A DNA stretch of 64,000 nt from Escherichia coli (GCF_046105845.1 NZ_CP151004.1); one strand, 5' to 3'; positions 1 through 13,376 are shown, counted from the stretch's first letter. Notes: generated from the sequence alone by a model not told the origin. Translations and numbers: made by a program.

Positions 1-874
1 TATCTATTTCCCTGACGATTTTAATAGTAAAAAAAAGTATCCTGCCATTATCAGCGCCCATCCAATTGGAAGCTGCAAAGAACAGACATCGGGTAGTGTG
101 TATGGTGCCGCCCTGGCAAAAGCTGGCTTTATCGTCATTGCTTTTGATGCCAGTTTTCAGGGAAGCAGCGGTGGGGAACCGCGTTATCTGGAAGATCCAA
201 CAATGCGAGTAAAAGACTTCAGCATTGTCGTTGATTACCTTACCAGCTTACCTTACGTTGATGCCGGGCGTATTGGTGTACTGGGTATTTGTGGTGGAGG
301 TGGATATGCCATTAATGCCGCAATGACAGAACGTCGAATTAAAGCTATTGGTACTGTCACGGGTGCAAACTACGGGCGTCTTATGCGTGAGGGATTTACA
401 GCGTTTAATCCTATCGGAGCACTCGAAGCAATGGCGCAACAAAGAACAGACGAAGCTAACGGCGCAAAACTTCGCGTAGATGATTTACTCCCCTCTTCTC
501 CAGATGCAGCTCTTGAAGCGGGATTAACAGAAATAGACCTTTTTGAAGCCACAGAATATTATCGTTCGCCACGAGGCTGTGCACCTAATGGGGTAAATCG
601 TTCGCTATTCTCACATCAGACTGTTGCCGTGGGTTGGGATGCATTTCATCTTGCAGAAGTCCTGTTAACTCAACCAATAATGGTTGTGGTGGGCGATAGA
701 GTGGGCGCATTTGGTGCCTACCGTGACGGCTGCGAAATTATTGGCCGCGCTGCCTCAAAACATAAAGAGCTGGTCGTGGTTGAAGGTTATTCACATTACG
801 ACCTGTATGATAAGCCAGAACCTGTGAAACAGGCGCTCGATAAATTAATTCCTTTTTATAAAACACATTTGTAA
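1..874 (+). CDS. alpha/beta-fold hydrolase (dienelactone-hydrolase-like), 5' end outside window
   Basis: Frame is open from position 2 with no stop until 872-874, so the N-terminus lies upstream of the window. Paralogous by eye to the 385-aa protein at 19629..20786 (shared GICGGGG/GICGWGG core and C-terminal KELVVV.G..H.DLYD). Confidence 0.75.
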   Translation, partial: IYFPDDFNSKKKYPAIISAHPIGSCKEQTSGSVYGAALAKAGFIVIAFDASFQGSSGGEPRYLEDPTMRVKDFSIVVDYLTSLPYVDAGRIGVLGICGGGGYAINAAMTERRIKAIGTVTGANYGRLMREGFTAFNPIGALEAMAQQRTDEANGAKLRVDDLLPSSPDAALEAGLTEIDLFEATEYYRSPRGCAPNGVNRSLFSHQTVAVGWDAFHLAEVLLTQPIMVVVGDRVGAFGAYRDGCEIIGRAASKHKELVVVEGYSHYDLYDKPEPVKQALDKLIPFYKTHL

Positions 875-1118
875 TAATCTTACAGGGAGATTCCTTATCT
901 CCCTGACATTTATCCTTTATTGACTACACAACAATAATGAAATTACTCAAAAAGAAATTTCATTAAAGAAACAAAAAAGCAGTAACTCAATCATTAAGAT
1001 TATTAGAAACCCTTTGAAGGGATTATAAATAAAGCCAGAAATCTTGGTTCCAAAGCTGGCAACAACTAACCAGTTAAAACATACGCATCAAAATCAGATA
1101 AACATTTGAGGTATTGTT

Positions 1119-2261
1119 ATGACAAATAAACACCCATCATTGTTTTCTCCTTTTATGCTGACAGAAAAAATAAAGCTACGTAATCGTATCGTTATGGCTC
1201 CTATGACGACCTGGTCAGCGAATCCTGATGGAACCATCTCTGAGCAAGAACTCGAATTTTATAAACGCCGCTCACAAAATGTTGGTTTAGTAATAACAGG
1301 ATGCACCTATGTCACGCCAAGCGGCATTGGGTTTACTCATGAATTTGCCGCGTATGACGACCGTTTCATTAACAGCCTTGAAAAGTTAGCAGCTGCAGCC
1401 AAAAGTGGCGGTGCTCCGGCTATTTTGCAGATTTTCCACGCCGGTAATAAAGCCATCCCGGAGCTTGTGCCAAATAACGATGTTATTAGTGCCAGCGCAT
1501 CAAGCGTAAAATCTGGTGATTTTATGAAGAGAGTGGTACAAAGCAGGGAAATGACTGAAAACGAAATTCAGGAAACCATTAGAGCATTCGGAGATGTCAC
1601 AAAAAGGGCGATTAAAGCAGGTTTTGATGGCGTTGAACTTCATGGTGCGCACGGATTCCTTCTGCAGAATTTCTTCTCCCCTCTATTTAACCAGCGTAAT
1701 GACCGATGGGGAGGAGATCTTGAAGGACGTATGCGCTTCCCGCTGGCCGTATTACAGGAAGTAAAAAATGTAGTCTATGAATATGCGACAAAGCCCTTTG
1801 CTATCGGTTACAGAATATCTCCTGAAGAATCTGTAACAGGGGGGCTGCGGATAGAGGATACTTATAAACTCCTTGATCGACTCATTTCATCCGGTATTTC
1901 GTATATACATACCTCGCTGGTCAGTATTAACGATAGCTACCCTGTTGAGTCGCCAAATGGCCCCCGAACTATTGAATTGATTTTAAATCATATTGCAGGC
2001 AGAGTGCCGGTAATCGCTGCAGGTAAAATACGCACACCGTCTCAGGCTCAAGAAGCAATTTCCGCTGGCCTGCCACTTGTTGCGATCGGTAAAGGGCTGG
2101 TGATAAATCCAGAATGGGTGACTTTAGCTGAATCAGGTAGAGGCCATGAAATTCAAACAACCCTTAATCCACAACTTGTTCCTGAATTAACCATTCCGGA
2201 TAAACTATGGGATCAAATTCAGGCATCGAAAGGAACTGGCTGGTTTCCGTTAATGGATTAA
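1119..2261 (+). CDS. NADH:flavin oxidoreductase, Old Yellow Enzyme-like TIM-barrel family
   Basis: 380-aa ORF with OYE-like motifs (RIVMAPMTT near N-terminus, HGAHGFLLQNFFSP, RNDRWGG). Family call from motif recognition only. Confidence 0.75.
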   Translation: MTNKHPSLFSPFMLTEKIKLRNRIVMAPMTTWSANPDGTISEQELEFYKRRSQNVGLVITGCTYVTPSGIGFTHEFAAYDDRFINSLEKLAAAAKSGGAPAILQIFHAGNKAIPELVPNNDVISASASSVKSGDFMKRVVQSREMTENEIQETIRAFGDVTKRAIKAGFDGVELHGAHGFLLQNFFSPLFNQRNDRWGGDLEGRMRFPLAVLQEVKNVVYEYATKPFAIGYRISPEESVTGGLRIEDTYKLLDRLISSGISYIHTSLVSINDSYPVESPNGPRTIELILNHIAGRVPVIAAGKIRTPSQAQEAISAGLPLVAIGKGLVINPEWVTLAESGRGHEIQTTLNPQLVPELTIPDKLWDQIQASKGTGWFPLMD

Positions 2262-2733
2262 ATATCTATTACTCTCCCGAGAGTAAAACTATCAAATCAA
2301 TGAGTAACCGATACAGCCTCACAAATTCTTTCAGATAATTAACCCGTCACTGCGGCACGTTCTCTCGTAAGGCGTGCCTGCAGTGTAATCCAGTATGTAT
2401 CTGGCATAGTTGACGGTTTAATAGAACTCAATTCCTCTCCCAGGTCACCAACAACGATATCTTGTATAACACCCCAGGAGATACGACATTATGATGAGAT
2501 GAGGTATGCTCCTCAGCGCCAATCAACGCCAGGGCTGGGCCAGTTTTGAGATCAGACTCATTCCCGGACTGACTTCAGGCGACATATATCAATGACGTTG
2601 GGGCAATAAAAGATAGCCGATGTAATACATCTATTCAAATTTGTGATACATGTCAAAAAATTGGTTGACCAAACTCGTTATTTATATAAGGGCACTTACG
2701 AAGTGCACTCTTTTTTAAAGCGAGGAAGTACCA

Positions 2734-2835
2734 ATGAAAGAGAATAAAGTACAGCAAATCAGTCATAAACTGATTAATATCGTTGTTTTTATCGCAATTG
2801 TAGAATACGCCTATTTATTTCTCCATTTCTATTAA
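2734..2835 (+). CDS. ykgR: small hydrophobic protein YkgR (33 aa)
   Basis: ATG at 2734 to TAA at 2833-2835 gives MKENKVQQISHKLINIVVFIAIVEYAYLFLHFY, below the ORF-track length cutoff. Matches my recollection of K-12 YkgR and sits next to ykgM as in K-12. Confidence 0.6.
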   Translation: MKENKVQQISHKLINIVVFIAIVEYAYLFLHFY

Positions 2836-3157
2836 TAACGGCAGTAAACTGTTCACTTCAGTGATATTTAAAATATGCATCCTCTCCCTTTTTGTAAGTA
2901 ATTATTATATCCGTGGGAGAGGAATACACGCTGTCAGGTAATCAATCATACTGCGATAAATCATCGGCCAGTAAAGTGGAGATAACCTCCATTCTCGAAA
3001 AAGCGAAACTATCATCAATCACTCATCCAGGCGTTTATGGGAGCGTCGCCAACGGCTGCTAACAATGCCAGACTTCCCCGTTGGGGAAATTCCACATACC
3101 ACAAATAGTCACAGGGATTGGGTGTTGAAATGATCCGGATGAGCATGTATCTTTATG

Positions 3158-3175
3158 GTTATGTTATAACATAAC
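3158..3175. promoter_or_regulatory. Zur box (palindrome GTTATGTTATAACATAAC) upstream of ykgM
   Basis: Perfect AT-rich palindrome about 10 bp upstream of the ykgM start; ykgM-ykgO is a known Zur-repressed operon. Confidence 0.7.
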
Positions 3176-3186
3176 AGGTAAAAATG

Positions 3187-3450
3187 ATGAAACCCAATAT
3201 CCATCCTGAGTATCGTACTGTGGTGTTCCATGACACCAGTGTTGATGAGTACTTTAAAATCGGCTCGACTATCAAAACAGACCGTGAGATTGAGCTGGAT
3301 GGCGTAACGTATCCGTACGTGACAATTGATGTCTCTTCGAAATCGCACCCGTTCTATACAGGGAAGCTGAGAACAGTAGCATCAGAAGGAAATGTTGCAC
3401 GGTTCACCCAACGTTTTGGTCGTTTTGTTAGCACGAAAAAGGGGGCGTGA
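3187..3450 (+). CDS. ykgM: 50S ribosomal protein L31 type B (zinc-independent paralog)
   Basis: Translation [62 protein letters not shown]... is an L31 sequence lacking the Zn-ribbon cysteines. Second ATG (3187) chosen; the ORF track starts at 3184. Confidence 0.9.
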
Positions 3451-3590
3451 TGAAAGTCCTTAACTCTCTGCGTACCGCAAAAGAACGCCATCCAGACTGT
3501 CAGATTGTGAAGCGAAAAGGACGGCTATATGTGATTTGTAAATCTAATCCACGTTTTAAGGCCGTTCAGGGTCGTAAGAAAAAACGTTGA
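3450..3590 (+). CDS. ykgO: 50S ribosomal protein L36 type B paralog
   Basis: 46-aa [49 protein letters not shown] whose ATG overlaps the ykgM stop (GTGATG); not in the ORF track. Confidence 0.85.
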   Translation: MKVLNSLRTAKERHPDCQIVKRKGRLYVICKSNPRFKAVQGRKKKR

Positions 3591-3996
3591 TTCAAAATTC
3601 GACGGATTAATGATATTTGTCTGATTAATAATCAGACCTGATTAATGTTGGTGTATTTATTACACCAGCATTAATTTTCTTGGGGATGTATCTTCCTGTT
3701 CATTTAAGGTCAACTGCCTGACGTTTCTCTCCGAATATTCCATTATATTAATGTTGACTTGTTAACCAGGTGCGCCCTGTATGCTGGCATCAACTCTCTT
3801 TTAGACTGAACACGCCACTCAGTTTCCTCCCTTTGCGACGCAGCCTGCATTTACACTCAAACGGTTAAGATGATAAATGTGGTAAATCTGTTGGTACTGA
3901 CATAAAAACGTTTACGTCACAGGAACGGCCTGATCCACCGGTAACCCCATCGCCGACGTTCGAGTGCCAGTTAGAGTAACGCGCACAGATGACTGA

Positions 3997-4221
3997 ATGC
4001 AGTGCCCTGGCAAAGAGGCCATCGTTCCTGTGACAACTGGCAGTCTTCGTTTAACTTCACTTAATTTGGCTCTTAGGGGGCTTACCGGACAGATGACGTA
4101 CTTACACCTGTTTAATTTTTCATCACTTATTGGGATGAACACCCATAACCATTTTGTGCGGCATGTTAATCCATTAAAACACCTTACTGATTGGCAAATC
4201 ATCTTTAATTATGACTCATGA
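3997..4221 (+). CDS. small hypothetical protein (occupies the position of K-12 ykgL)
   Basis: 74-aa ORF between ykgO and ecpR, called by position and size only. An antisense ORF overlaps it; weak call. Confidence 0.25.
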   Translation: MQCPGKEAIVPVTTGSLRLTSLNLALRGLTGQMTYLHLFNFSSLIGMNTHNHFVRHVNPLKHLTDWQIIFNYDS

Positions 4222-4604
4222 TAGTTTTATATTCTATTTCTTATCATTTAAACTTGTTTTTTTACTAGTCCATCACACAACACATTAAGACTATTCCTAA
4301 CACCTCAGGGCAAAGTTCCTGGCTAATATAAAATGCAAGTAAGAATTGAACGTTATATTGCCAATAACCTTATGAAACTGAATGTCTTTTTCTTCTTATC
4401 AAAAAAGCAATATTTTCATTTTTTGTAAATATTGACTTAACCATGGAATTCCTTTTCTGTTCACATATTGACACTCATCAGGAAAAAAACATAAATTTAA
4501 ACCTAATCGAAATAATTAAAACTTAATCTCGTTTAACCTATATTGATATGTGCTACGTATCTTATTTACTTCCGATTTACTAAAGAAACTGAATGTACCT
4601 GTAA

Positions 4605-5216
<612 letters not shown>

Positions 5217-5290
5217 ACTCCAGGCAAGTTAGTTTTAAAAAATGACTCACAGGGACATCACGTCCTCAATTCAACTCGGGAAGAAAAGCA

Positions 5291-5878
5291 ATGAAAAAAA
5301 AGGTTCTGGCAATAGCTCTGGTAACGGTGTTTACCGGTACAGGTGTGGCGCAGGCTGCTGACGTAACAGCTCAGGCTGTAGCGACCTGGTCAGCAACAGC
5401 CAAAAAAGACACCACCAGTAAGCTGGTTGTGACGCCACTCGGTAGCCTGGCGTTCCAGTATGCCGAAGGCATTAAAGGTTTTAACTCACAGAAAGGTCTA
5501 TTTGACGTAGCTATCGAGGGTGACTCAACGGCTACCGCCTTTAAACTGACCTCACGTCTTATCACCAACACCTTAACCCAGTTGGATACCTCAGGTTCCA
5601 CACTGAATGTGGGCGTGGATTATAACGGCGCGGCAGTCGAAAAAACTGGCGATACCGTGATGATCGATACCGCCAACGGCGTACTGGGCGGCAACCTTAG
5701 CCCACTGGCTAACGGTTACAATGCCAGCAATCGTACCACCGCACAGGATGGTTTCACTTTCTCCATCATCAGCGGCACCACCAATGGTACCACCGCAGTA
5801 ACCGATTACAGCACTCTACCGGAAGGCATCTGGAGCGGCGACGTTAGCGTACAGTTCGACGCTACCTGGACCAGTTAA
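5291..5878 (+). CDS. ecpA: E. coli common pilus major pilin subunit
   Basis: 195 aa with signal peptide [22 protein letters not shown] and a Thr/Gly-rich pilin-like mature region; position after ecpR. Confidence 0.9.
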   Translation: MKKKVLAIALVTVFTGTGVAQAADVTAQAVATWSATAKKDTTSKLVVTPLGSLAFQYAEGIKGFNSQKGLFDVAIEGDSTATAFKLTSRLITNTLTQLDTSGSTLNVGVDYNGAAVEKTGDTVMIDTANGVLGGNLSPLANGYNASNRTTAQDGFTFSIISGTTNGTTAVTDYSTLPEGIWSGDVSVQFDATWTS

Positions 5879-5933
5879 TCTCTCTGATGTACCAGCAGGG
5901 GTCCCCCCTGCTTTATTCCTGGACGGAATTGTT

Positions 5934-6602
5934 ATGAAAAAGCACCTTCTGCCTCTCACTCTGCTGTTTTCCGGAATATCTCCGGCCCAGGCGCTGGATG
6001 TCGGCGATATATCATCGTTTATGAACAGTGACAGCAGCACGCTGAGCAAAACGATCAAAAACAGTACCGACAGTGGTCGCCTCATCAATATCCGTCTCGA
6101 ACGGCTCTCTTCACCGCTTGACGACGGGCAGGTTATCGCAATGGACAAGCCGGATGAGTTGCTACTCACTCCCGCCAGCTTGCTGCTACCCGCCCAAGCC
6201 AGCGAAGTGATCCGCTTCTTCTATAAGGGACCCGCAGATGAAAAAGAGCGCTACTACCGCATTGTCTGGTTTGATCAGGCCCTCAGTGATGCGCAGCGCG
6301 ATAATGCCAACCGAAGCGCTGTAGCCACTGCTTCCGCCCGCATCGGCACCATTCTGGTCGTCGCCCCTCGCCAGGCGAACTACCACTTTCAGTACGCCAA
6401 CGGCTCCCTGACAAATACAGGAAATGCGACGCTGCGGATCCTCGCCTACGGCCCCTGCCTGAAAGCCGTCAATGGTAAGGAGTGTAAAGAGAATTACTAC
6501 CTGATGCCGGGCAAGTCGCGTCGTTTTACCCGCGTGGACACTGCGGATAACAAAGGACGGGTTGCACTTTGGCAGGGTGATAAGTTCATTCCCGTGAAAT
6601 AG
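5934..6602 (+). CDS. ecpB: ECP periplasmic chaperone
   Basis: 222 aa, signal peptide; shares the ...[19 protein letters not shown]... block with EcpE at 10755..11465; operon position. Confidence 0.88.
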   Translation: MKKHLLPLTLLFSGISPAQALDVGDISSFMNSDSSTLSKTIKNSTDSGRLINIRLERLSSPLDDGQVIAMDKPDELLLTPASLLLPAQASEVIRFFYKGPADEKERYYRIVWFDQALSDAQRDNANRSAVATASARIGTILVVAPRQANYHFQYANGSLTNTGNATLRILAYGPCLKAVNGKECKENYYLMPGKSRRFTRVDTADNKGRVALWQGDKFIPVK

Positions 6603-6627
6603 ATAGCTGTGCAGATGGATAACGACA

Positions 6628-9153
6628 ATGCCTTTACGACGGTTCTCCCCAGGACTGAAAGCCCAGTTTGCCTTCGGCATGGTCTTTTTGTTCGTTCAGC
6701 CCGATGCCAGCGCTGCTGACATAAGTGCGCAGCAAATAGGTGGGGTGATTATTCCGCAGGCCTTCAGTCAGGCGCTTCAGGACGGCATGAGCGTCCCGCT
6801 CTATATTCATCTCGCCGGTAGCCAGGGTCGCCAGGACGATCAGCGAATCGGCAGCGCTTTTATCTGGCTGGATGATGGACAGCTACGCATCCGGAAAATA
6901 CAGCTTGAAGAGAGTGAAGATAACGCCAGTGTCAGCGAACAAACTCGACAACAGCTGATGGCTCTGGCGAACGCCCCGTTCAATGAGGCCCTTACCATCA
7001 CACTGACTGACAACGCGCAGCTGGATCTCAGCTTGCGCCAACTGCTGCTGCAGCTGGTGGTCAAGCGCGAAGCGCTTGGCACCGTACTACGCTCACGTAG
7101 CGAAGACATCGGGCAGTCCAGTGTTAACACCCTCAGCAGTAATCTGAGCTATAACTTCGGCATCTATAACAACCAGTTGCGTAACGGCGGGAGCAACACC
7201 TCCAGCTATCTGTCGCTGAATAACGTTACTGCGCTGCGCGAACATCACGTGGTGCTCGACGGCTCACTGTACGGGATTGGTAGCGGTCAACAGGACAGTG
7301 AATTATATAAAGCGATGTATGAACGCGATTTTGCCGGTCACCGATTTGCCGGTGGAATGCTCGACACCTGGAACTTGCAGTCCTTAGGGCCGATGACCGC
7401 CATTTCAGCAGGGAAGATTTACGGCCTTTCCTGGGGAAACCAGGCCAGCTCCACCATCTTCGACAGCAGCCAGTCGGCCACGCCAGTGATCGCCTTTTTA
7501 CCGGCGGCGGGCGAAGTACATCTCACCCGTGATGGCAGGCTACTAAGCGTTCAGAACTTCACCATGGGCAATCATGAAGTGGATACCCGGGGTCTACCGT
7601 ACGGTATTTACGATGTGGAAGTTGAGGTCATCGTTAACGGTCGCGTGATCAGCAAACGCACTCAACGGGTCAATAAGCTGTTTAGCCGGGGGCGCGGCGT
7701 CGGTGCACCACTGGCGTGGCAGATATGGGGCGGTAGCTTTCATATGGATCGCTGGTCGGAAAACGGGAAAAAGACGCGACCAGCCAAAGAGAGTTGGCTG
7801 GCAGGTGCCTCGACCTCCGGCTCACTGAGTACGCTTAGCTGGGCGGCAACGGGATATGGATACGATAATCAGGCCGTGGGTGAAACCCGTCTGACGCTGC
7901 CGCTTGGGGGGGCGATCAACGTTAACCTGCAAAATATGCTGGCCAGTGACAGCTCATGGAGCAGCATCGGCAGCATCAGCGCCACTCTACCGGGAGGCTT
8001 TAGTTCGCTGTGGGTTAATCAGGAAAAAACCCGCATTGGCAATCAATTGCGACGTAGCGATGCCGACAACCGTGCTATCGGCGGCACACTCAACCTGAAC
8101 TCACTGTGGTCGAAGCTGGGTACGTTCAGCATCAGCTACAATGATGACCGCCGCTACAACAGCCATTATTACACGGCAGATTACTATCAAAGTGTCTACA
8201 GCGGTACCTTTGGTTCGCTTGGCCTGCGGGCCGGTATTCAGCGCTATAACAACGGCGACAGCAGCGCCAATACAGGGAAATATATCGCTCTCGATCTCTC
8301 GCTACCACTGGGCAACTGGTTTAGCGCAGGGATGACCCATCAAAACGGCTACACCATGGCAAACCTGTCAGCACGCAAACAGTTTGATGAAGGAACCATT
8401 CGCACTGTTGGTGCCAATCTGTCACGAGCCATCTCCGGCGATACCGGTGATGACAAAACCCTCAGCGGTGGGGCGTATGCACAGTTCGACGCTCGTTACG
8501 CCAGCGGAACGCTGAACGTCAATAGCGCGGCGGACGGCTACATCAATACCAACTTGACCGCCAATGGCAGCGTCGGCTGGCAGGGTAAAAACATCGCTGC
8601 CAGCGGGCGGACTGATGGCAACGCTGGGGTGATATTCAACACCGGGCTGGAGGACGACGGTCAGATCAGCGCCAAAATCAACGGGCGGATTTTCCCGCTT
8701 AACGGCAAGCGTAACTATCTCCCGCTCTCTCCCTATGGAAGATATGAGGTGGAGTTACAGAACAGCAAAAACTCACTCGACAGCTACGATATCGTCAGCG
8801 GCCGCAAAAGCCATCTGACTCTCTATCCAGGCAATGTCGCTGTCATTGAGCCAGAGGTGAAGCAGATGGTTACCGTCTCCGGTCGTATCCGTGCGGAAGA
8901 CGGCACACTGCTGGCTAACGCACGGATTAACAACCATATCGACCGAACCCGAACCGATGAAAACGGCGAGTTTGTCATGGATGTGGACAAGAAATACCCC
9001 ACTATCGATTTTCGCTACAGTGGCAATAAAACCTGCGAAGTGGCACTGGAACTCAACCAGGCGCGCGGTGCCGTCTGGGTCGGTGATGTGGTCTGCAGCG
9101 GCCTCTCATCGTGGGCGGCGGTGACGCAGACAGGAGAAGAGAATGAGAGTTAA
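6628..9153 (+). CDS. ecpC: ECP outer-membrane usher
   Basis: 841-aa ORF with signal peptide, usher-like size and composition, operon position. Confidence 0.9.
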   Translation: MPLRRFSPGLKAQFAFGMVFLFVQPDASAADISAQQIGGVIIPQAFSQALQDGMSVPLYIHLAGSQGRQDDQRIGSAFIWLDDGQLRIRKIQLEESEDNASVSEQTRQQLMALANAPFNEALTITLTDNAQLDLSLRQLLLQLVVKREALGTVLRSRSEDIGQSSVNTLSSNLSYNFGIYNNQLRNGGSNTSSYLSLNNVTALREHHVVLDGSLYGIGSGQQDSELYKAMYERDFAGHRFAGGMLDTWNLQSLGPMTAISAGKIYGLSWGNQASSTIFDSSQSATPVIAFLPAAGEVHLTRDGRLLSVQNFTMGNHEVDTRGLPYGIYDVEVEVIVNGRVISKRTQRVNKLFSRGRGVGAPLAWQIWGGSFHMDRWSENGKKTRPAKESWLAGASTSGSLSTLSWAATGYGYDNQAVGETRLTLPLGGAINVNLQNMLASDSSWSSIGSISATLPGGFSSLWVNQEKTRIGNQLRRSDADNRAIGGTLNLNSLWSKLGTFSISYNDDRRYNSHYYTADYYQSVYSGTFGSLGLRAGIQRYNNGDSSANTGKYIALDLSLPLGNWFSAGMTHQNGYTMANLSARKQFDEGTIRTVGANLSRAISGDTGDDKTLSGGAYAQFDARYASGTLNVNSAADGYINTNLTANGSVGWQGKNIAASGRTDGNAGVIFNTGLEDDGQISAKINGRIFPLNGKRNYLPLSPYGRYEVELQNSKNSLDSYDIVSGRKSHLTLYPGNVAVIEPEVKQMVTVSGRIRAEDGTLLANARINNHIDRTRTDENGEFVMDVDKKYPTIDFRYSGNKTCEVALELNQARGAVWVGDVVCSGLSSWAAVTQTGEENES

Positions 9154-10786
9154 CCTACTGATAGCGATGATAATCTTTGCGCTAATCTGGCCTGCAACCG
9201 CGCTCAGAGCGGCAGTGAGCAAAACAACCTGGGCGGATGCTCCGGCACGCGAGTTTGTGTTTGTCGAAAACAACTCAGACGACAACTTTTTCGTCACGCC
9301 TGGCGGGGCGCTGGATCCGCGCCTGACCGGTGCCAACCGCTGGACCGGTTTAAAATACAATGGTTCAGGAACCATCTATCAGCAAAGTCTCGGCTACATT
9401 GATAACGGTTACAACACCGGCCTTTATACCAACTGGAAGTTTGATATGTGGCTGGAAAATTCACCAGTTTCATCTCCTTTAACTGGCTTGCGCTGCATCA
9501 ACTGGTACGCCGGGTGTAATATGACCACCAGTCTTATCCTGCCGCAAACCACCGACGCCAGTGGATTTTATGGCGCGACGGTGACCAGCGGCGGCGCGAA
9601 GTGGATGCACGGCATGTTGTCAGACGCGTTTTACCAGTATCTGCAACAAATGCCCGTCGGCAGCAGCTTTACAATGACCATCAATGCCTGCCAGACCTCT
9701 GTGAACTATGACGCCAGCAGCGGCGCACGCTGTAAGGATCAGGCCTCCGGCAACTGGTATGTTCGCAACGTCACCCATACGAAAGCAGCAAATCTACGGT
9801 TGATAAATACCCACTCGCTGGCGGAGGTGTTTATCAACAGCGACGGAGTACCGACTCTGGGCGAAGGGAACGCCGACTGCCGGACGCAAACCATCGGCAG
9901 CCGTTCAGGATTAAGTTGTAAGATGGTTAACTATACCCTGCAAACAAACGGACTCAGCAACACCTCAATCCATATCTTCCCGGCGATCGCCAACTCGTCG
10001 TTAGCCTCGGCCGTCGGGGCGTACGATATGCAGTTCAGTCTGAATGGCAGTTCATGGAAACCGGTGAGCAATACTGCCTATTACTACACCTTCAACGAGA
10101 TGAAGAGCGCAGACTCGATCTATGTTTTCTTCTCGAGCAACTTCTTTAAGCAGATGGTGAACCTCGGGATCAGCGATATCAACACCAAAGATCTATTCAA
10201 CTTTCGCTTTCAGAACACCACATCACCGGAGTCTGGCTGGTATGAATTTTCTACCTCCAACACGCTGATTATCAAACCCCGTGATTTCAGCATCAGTATT
10301 ATCTCCGATGAATATACTCAGACACCGTCGCGGGAGGGATATGTTGGCAGCGGCGAGTCGGCACTCGATTTCGGCTATATCGTAACCACCAGCGGTAAAA
10401 CAGCTGCCGACGAAGTGCTGATCAAGGTGACCGGACCCGCGCAGGTGATTGGCGGGCGCTCCTATTGTGTCTTCAGCTCCGATGATGGTAAGGCGAAAGT
10501 ACCGTTCCCGGCGACGCTTTCCTTTATTACCCGCAGCGGAGCTACAAAAACCTACGATGCCGGGTGCGATGATAGCTGGCGGGATATGACCGATGCGCTG
10601 TGGCTGACCACACCGTGGACTGATATCTCTGGCGAAGTGGGGCAGATGGATAAGACCACAGTCAAATTTTCGATTCCAATGGATAACGCCATTTCGCTGC
10701 GTACGGTAGATGATAACGGCTGGTTTGGCGAAGTCAGCGCTTCAGGAGAGATTCATGTTCAGGCGACGTGGCGTAACATTAACTAA
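9143..10786 (+). CDS. ecpD: ECP tip adhesin/polymerised subunit
   Basis: 547 aa, signal peptide, 11-bp overlap with the ecpC stop; operon position. Confidence 0.88.
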   Translation: MRVNLLIAMIIFALIWPATALRAAVSKTTWADAPAREFVFVENNSDDNFFVTPGGALDPRLTGANRWTGLKYNGSGTIYQQSLGYIDNGYNTGLYTNWKFDMWLENSPVSSPLTGLRCINWYAGCNMTTSLILPQTTDASGFYGATVTSGGAKWMHGMLSDAFYQYLQQMPVGSSFTMTINACQTSVNYDASSGARCKDQASGNWYVRNVTHTKAANLRLINTHSLAEVFINSDGVPTLGEGNADCRTQTIGSRSGLSCKMVNYTLQTNGLSNTSIHIFPAIANSSLASAVGAYDMQFSLNGSSWKPVSNTAYYYTFNEMKSADSIYVFFSSNFFKQMVNLGISDINTKDLFNFRFQNTTSPESGWYEFSTSNTLIIKPRDFSISIISDEYTQTPSREGYVGSGESALDFGYIVTTSGKTAADEVLIKVTGPAQVIGGRSYCVFSSDDGKAKVPFPATLSFITRSGATKTYDAGCDDSWRDMTDALWLTTPWTDISGEVGQMDKTTVKFSIPMDNAISLRTVDDNGWFGEVSASGEIHVQATWRNIN

Positions 10787-11465
10787 GGCCCTGCTGACAG
10801 TGGTCTGTATGCTGGCGGCACCTTTGACACAGGCGATTTCGGTCGGCAATCTGACTTTTTCACTGCCGTCCGAGACTGACTTTGTCAGCAAACGTGTAGT
10901 GAATAACAACAAAAGCGCACGGATATACCGTATTGCCATCAGTGCTATTGATAGCCCGGGCAGCAGTGAATTGCGCACCCGACTGGTGGATGGTGAACTG
11001 CTTTTCGCCCCCCGCCAGCTGGCGTTGCAGGCTGGTGAGAGCGAGTATTTTAAATTTTACTATCATGGTCCACGGGATAACCGCGAGCGCTACTACCGGG
11101 TCTCATTTCGCGAGGTCCCCACTCGCAACCAGACAAGACGCAGCCCAACCGGCGGCGAGGTCAGCACGGAGCCGGTGGTGGTGATGGATACCATTCTGGT
11201 AGTACGACCTCGTCAGGTTCAGTTTAAATGGTCCTTCGACCAGGTGACAGGAACGGTAAGTAACACTGGCAACACATGGTTTAAGCTACTGATTAAGCCA
11301 GGATGTGATTCGACCGAAGAGGAAGGCGATGCCTGGTATCTACGTCCGGGAGACGTGGTTCATCAGCCTGAGTTACGTCAGCCGGGGAATCATTATCTGG
11401 TCTATAACGACAAATTCATTAAGATTAGCGATTCCTGTCCGGCTAAGCCCCCTTCGGCGGACTAA
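10755..11465 (+). CDS. ecpE: ECP second periplasmic chaperone
   Basis: Start set at the internal Met ([14 protein letters not shown]...), giving 236 aa with a signal peptide; paralog of EcpB. The ORF track extends to 10710. Confidence 0.85.
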   Translation: MFRRRGVTLTKALLTVVCMLAAPLTQAISVGNLTFSLPSETDFVSKRVVNNNKSARIYRIAISAIDSPGSSELRTRLVDGELLFAPRQLALQAGESEYFKFYYHGPRDNRERYYRVSFREVPTRNQTRRSPTGGEVSTEPVVVMDTILVVRPRQVQFKWSFDQVTGTVSNTGNTWFKLLIKPGCDSTEEEGDAWYLRPGDVVHQPELRQPGNHYLVYNDKFIKISDSCPAKPPSAD

Positions 11466-11777
11466 GACTTATCCATCGGTCGAGGGAAGAATTCCACCTC
11501 AGAGCCCCAAAAATCGTTTAAATGATGTGGAAGCGATCGTCAATGTCACCTGTAATGATGGGCTTTCTCATATGCACACCATAGTGTTCAGGAGACACGG
11601 AAAGGTACCAGGCAGCCTGCTAACGAGTGGTTTATTCACGAATTAGTACGTAAAATCGGTAAAGGCTGGAAATCATTCAATACTCACACTATCGAAAGTT
11701 CCCCAGCCAACCGCGGTACGTTCTTACATACGATGTACCGCTGTTCTCTTTACGATTTATAGCTGTACTGGTGAATT

Positions 11778-12107
11778 ATGAGCAATCTGAATCCATGCAT
11801 GACGTGTGGTGCCTGTTGTGCATTTTTCCGCGTCTCTTTTTACTGGGCCGAAGCCGACGATGCTGGCGGTACCATTCCCGCCAGGCTCACTGAACAAATA
11901 TCCCCTTTTCACCGATGCATGAGCGGTACCAATCAGAAAAACCCCCGATGTATTGCCCTTGCAGGAACACCGGGCAAAAATGCCTGCTGCACGATATATA
12001 AAAATCGATCGTCCACGTGCAGAGAATTCGCCATGTCTGGTGAGAACGGAGTCGTCAATGAGGCTTGCAATCGTGCAAGAGCTAAATACGGGCTGACACC
12101 GTTATAA
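11778..12107 (+). CDS. ykgJ: YkgJ family Cys-rich (putative Zn/Fe-chelating) protein
   Basis: 109 aa with CxxC-rich N-terminus ([11 protein letters not shown]); conserved K-12 neighbourhood between ecpE and yagU. Confidence 0.85.
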
Positions 12108-12130
12108 ATATGCAATAATTAATTGCACTG

Positions 12131-12163
12131 CCCCGCCAGCTATAATCGCGGGGCTTCGTTTTT
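12131..12163 (+). terminator. rho-independent terminator after ykgJ
   Basis: GC stem CCCCGC...GCGGGG followed by a T-run (CTTCGTTTTT). Confidence 0.5.
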
Positions 12164-12317
12164 CAGGGATAACAAAACCCGAAACTTCTTCCATCTGCCA
12201 GCAACAATGCCTCTTCCTCTATAGTGTTCTCCGGATCTACAGCATCCTGAAGTAGCGCGATGTACTCATTGGCTATCTGCGTCAGAAAGTTAAAAACAAT
12301 GTTTTTAACCTATAAAA

Positions 12318-12342
12318 ATGGCGCTGTATTTGCGCCATTTTT
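12318..12342. terminator. bidirectional hairpin terminator between ykgJ and yagU
   Basis: AAAAATGGCGC-TGTATTT-GCGCCATTTTT: perfect stem flanked by an A-run and a T-run, immediately 3' of yagU (minus strand). Confidence 0.55.
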
Positions 12343-12355
12343 ATCATTCAATGCA

Positions 12356-12970
12356 TTATCTGTTTGAGCCTAAAGGGATCTCAGGGTCTGGCTCATGAGT
12401 AATTCTGTTTCGTAAATCTCTGCGAATAATTTCAATGGACCAGAACCAGACTAAATGTCCAAAAATTTCAGAAACATTCTCATACCACGGGAGATCAAAC
12501 AGAGGTGGCGTCAGTCCCATGAGAGGGAATGAAATCATATGAACAAAAAGTTGGGCTAAAGCACCTGCCAGTAAGCCCTGCCAGAGTTTAATTTTTGGAA
12601 ATACTTCAGCGACCACACAGTAACCAACGGCAAACACTATCGAAAAGATAATGTGCGTAACGCCAACCCAGTTAAAGACATGCCCGGCAAAGGTATAAAC
12701 AGCCGCATTGGGATCTGTCAGCCCTAGCCAGTCTCGAAGAAAAATATACGGAGGATTGAGAAAATTACGGGAGCAATCAATTTGCCCAGCAGCCCTGATT
12801 AATGATTCCGGGCCACACGCTGCATTAAACATATCCACCGGGCTACGTGGCGGCAATGGAACTTCAGCCCCCCACTTCACAAATGCGGAAACAACGCCAG
12901 CAATCAGCCCAATGAATGCAGCAAGACCATAACGTCTGCGGTTCGGTGGAGTTTGTTCAAATATATTCAT
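12356..12970 (-). CDS. yagU: inner membrane protein YagU (DUF1440 family)
   Basis: 204 aa with several hydrophobic helices; K-12 neighbourhood. Confidence 0.85.
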
Positions 12971-13376
12971 ATCTACCCTGCTTGTACCATTATGTTATAC
13001 ACCTCTTCAGGAGTATTCATAAAACAAGACAAATGTAAAGAACTGTATTGTTTTGTATAACAAAATAGTTTCCTAATCGCCAATGAATATAAGCACCATC
13101 ATTTCTCCCTATTTTTATGTTAGAAGTGACAAAGATTTGTAGGGTGATGCAGAGCTGACAATCACAGGTTTCCTTATCGGTTTTTGCATCGCACAACTAA
13201 AGCAATAAACGAGCTCCCGTCATCGGCGAATATGAATTAATTAGCCGGGCTCATAGCTGCATTCGCGTTTTAAGAATAATCCTCCTGCTCTCACCGACTA
13301 TGCTTAACATTTAAAAAAGCATCAGCACTCTCGCAACGCTCTCTTATTTTCCCCTTTAGAATACCGGAGGCCTGGT

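Noticed and set aside
6840-9124. Short ORFs on both strands inside ecpC (6840..7130, 7904..8098, 8141..8335, 8891..9124)
   Set aside because: Embedded in the usher gene, low-complexity Ser/Ala/Thr composition, no independent start signals.
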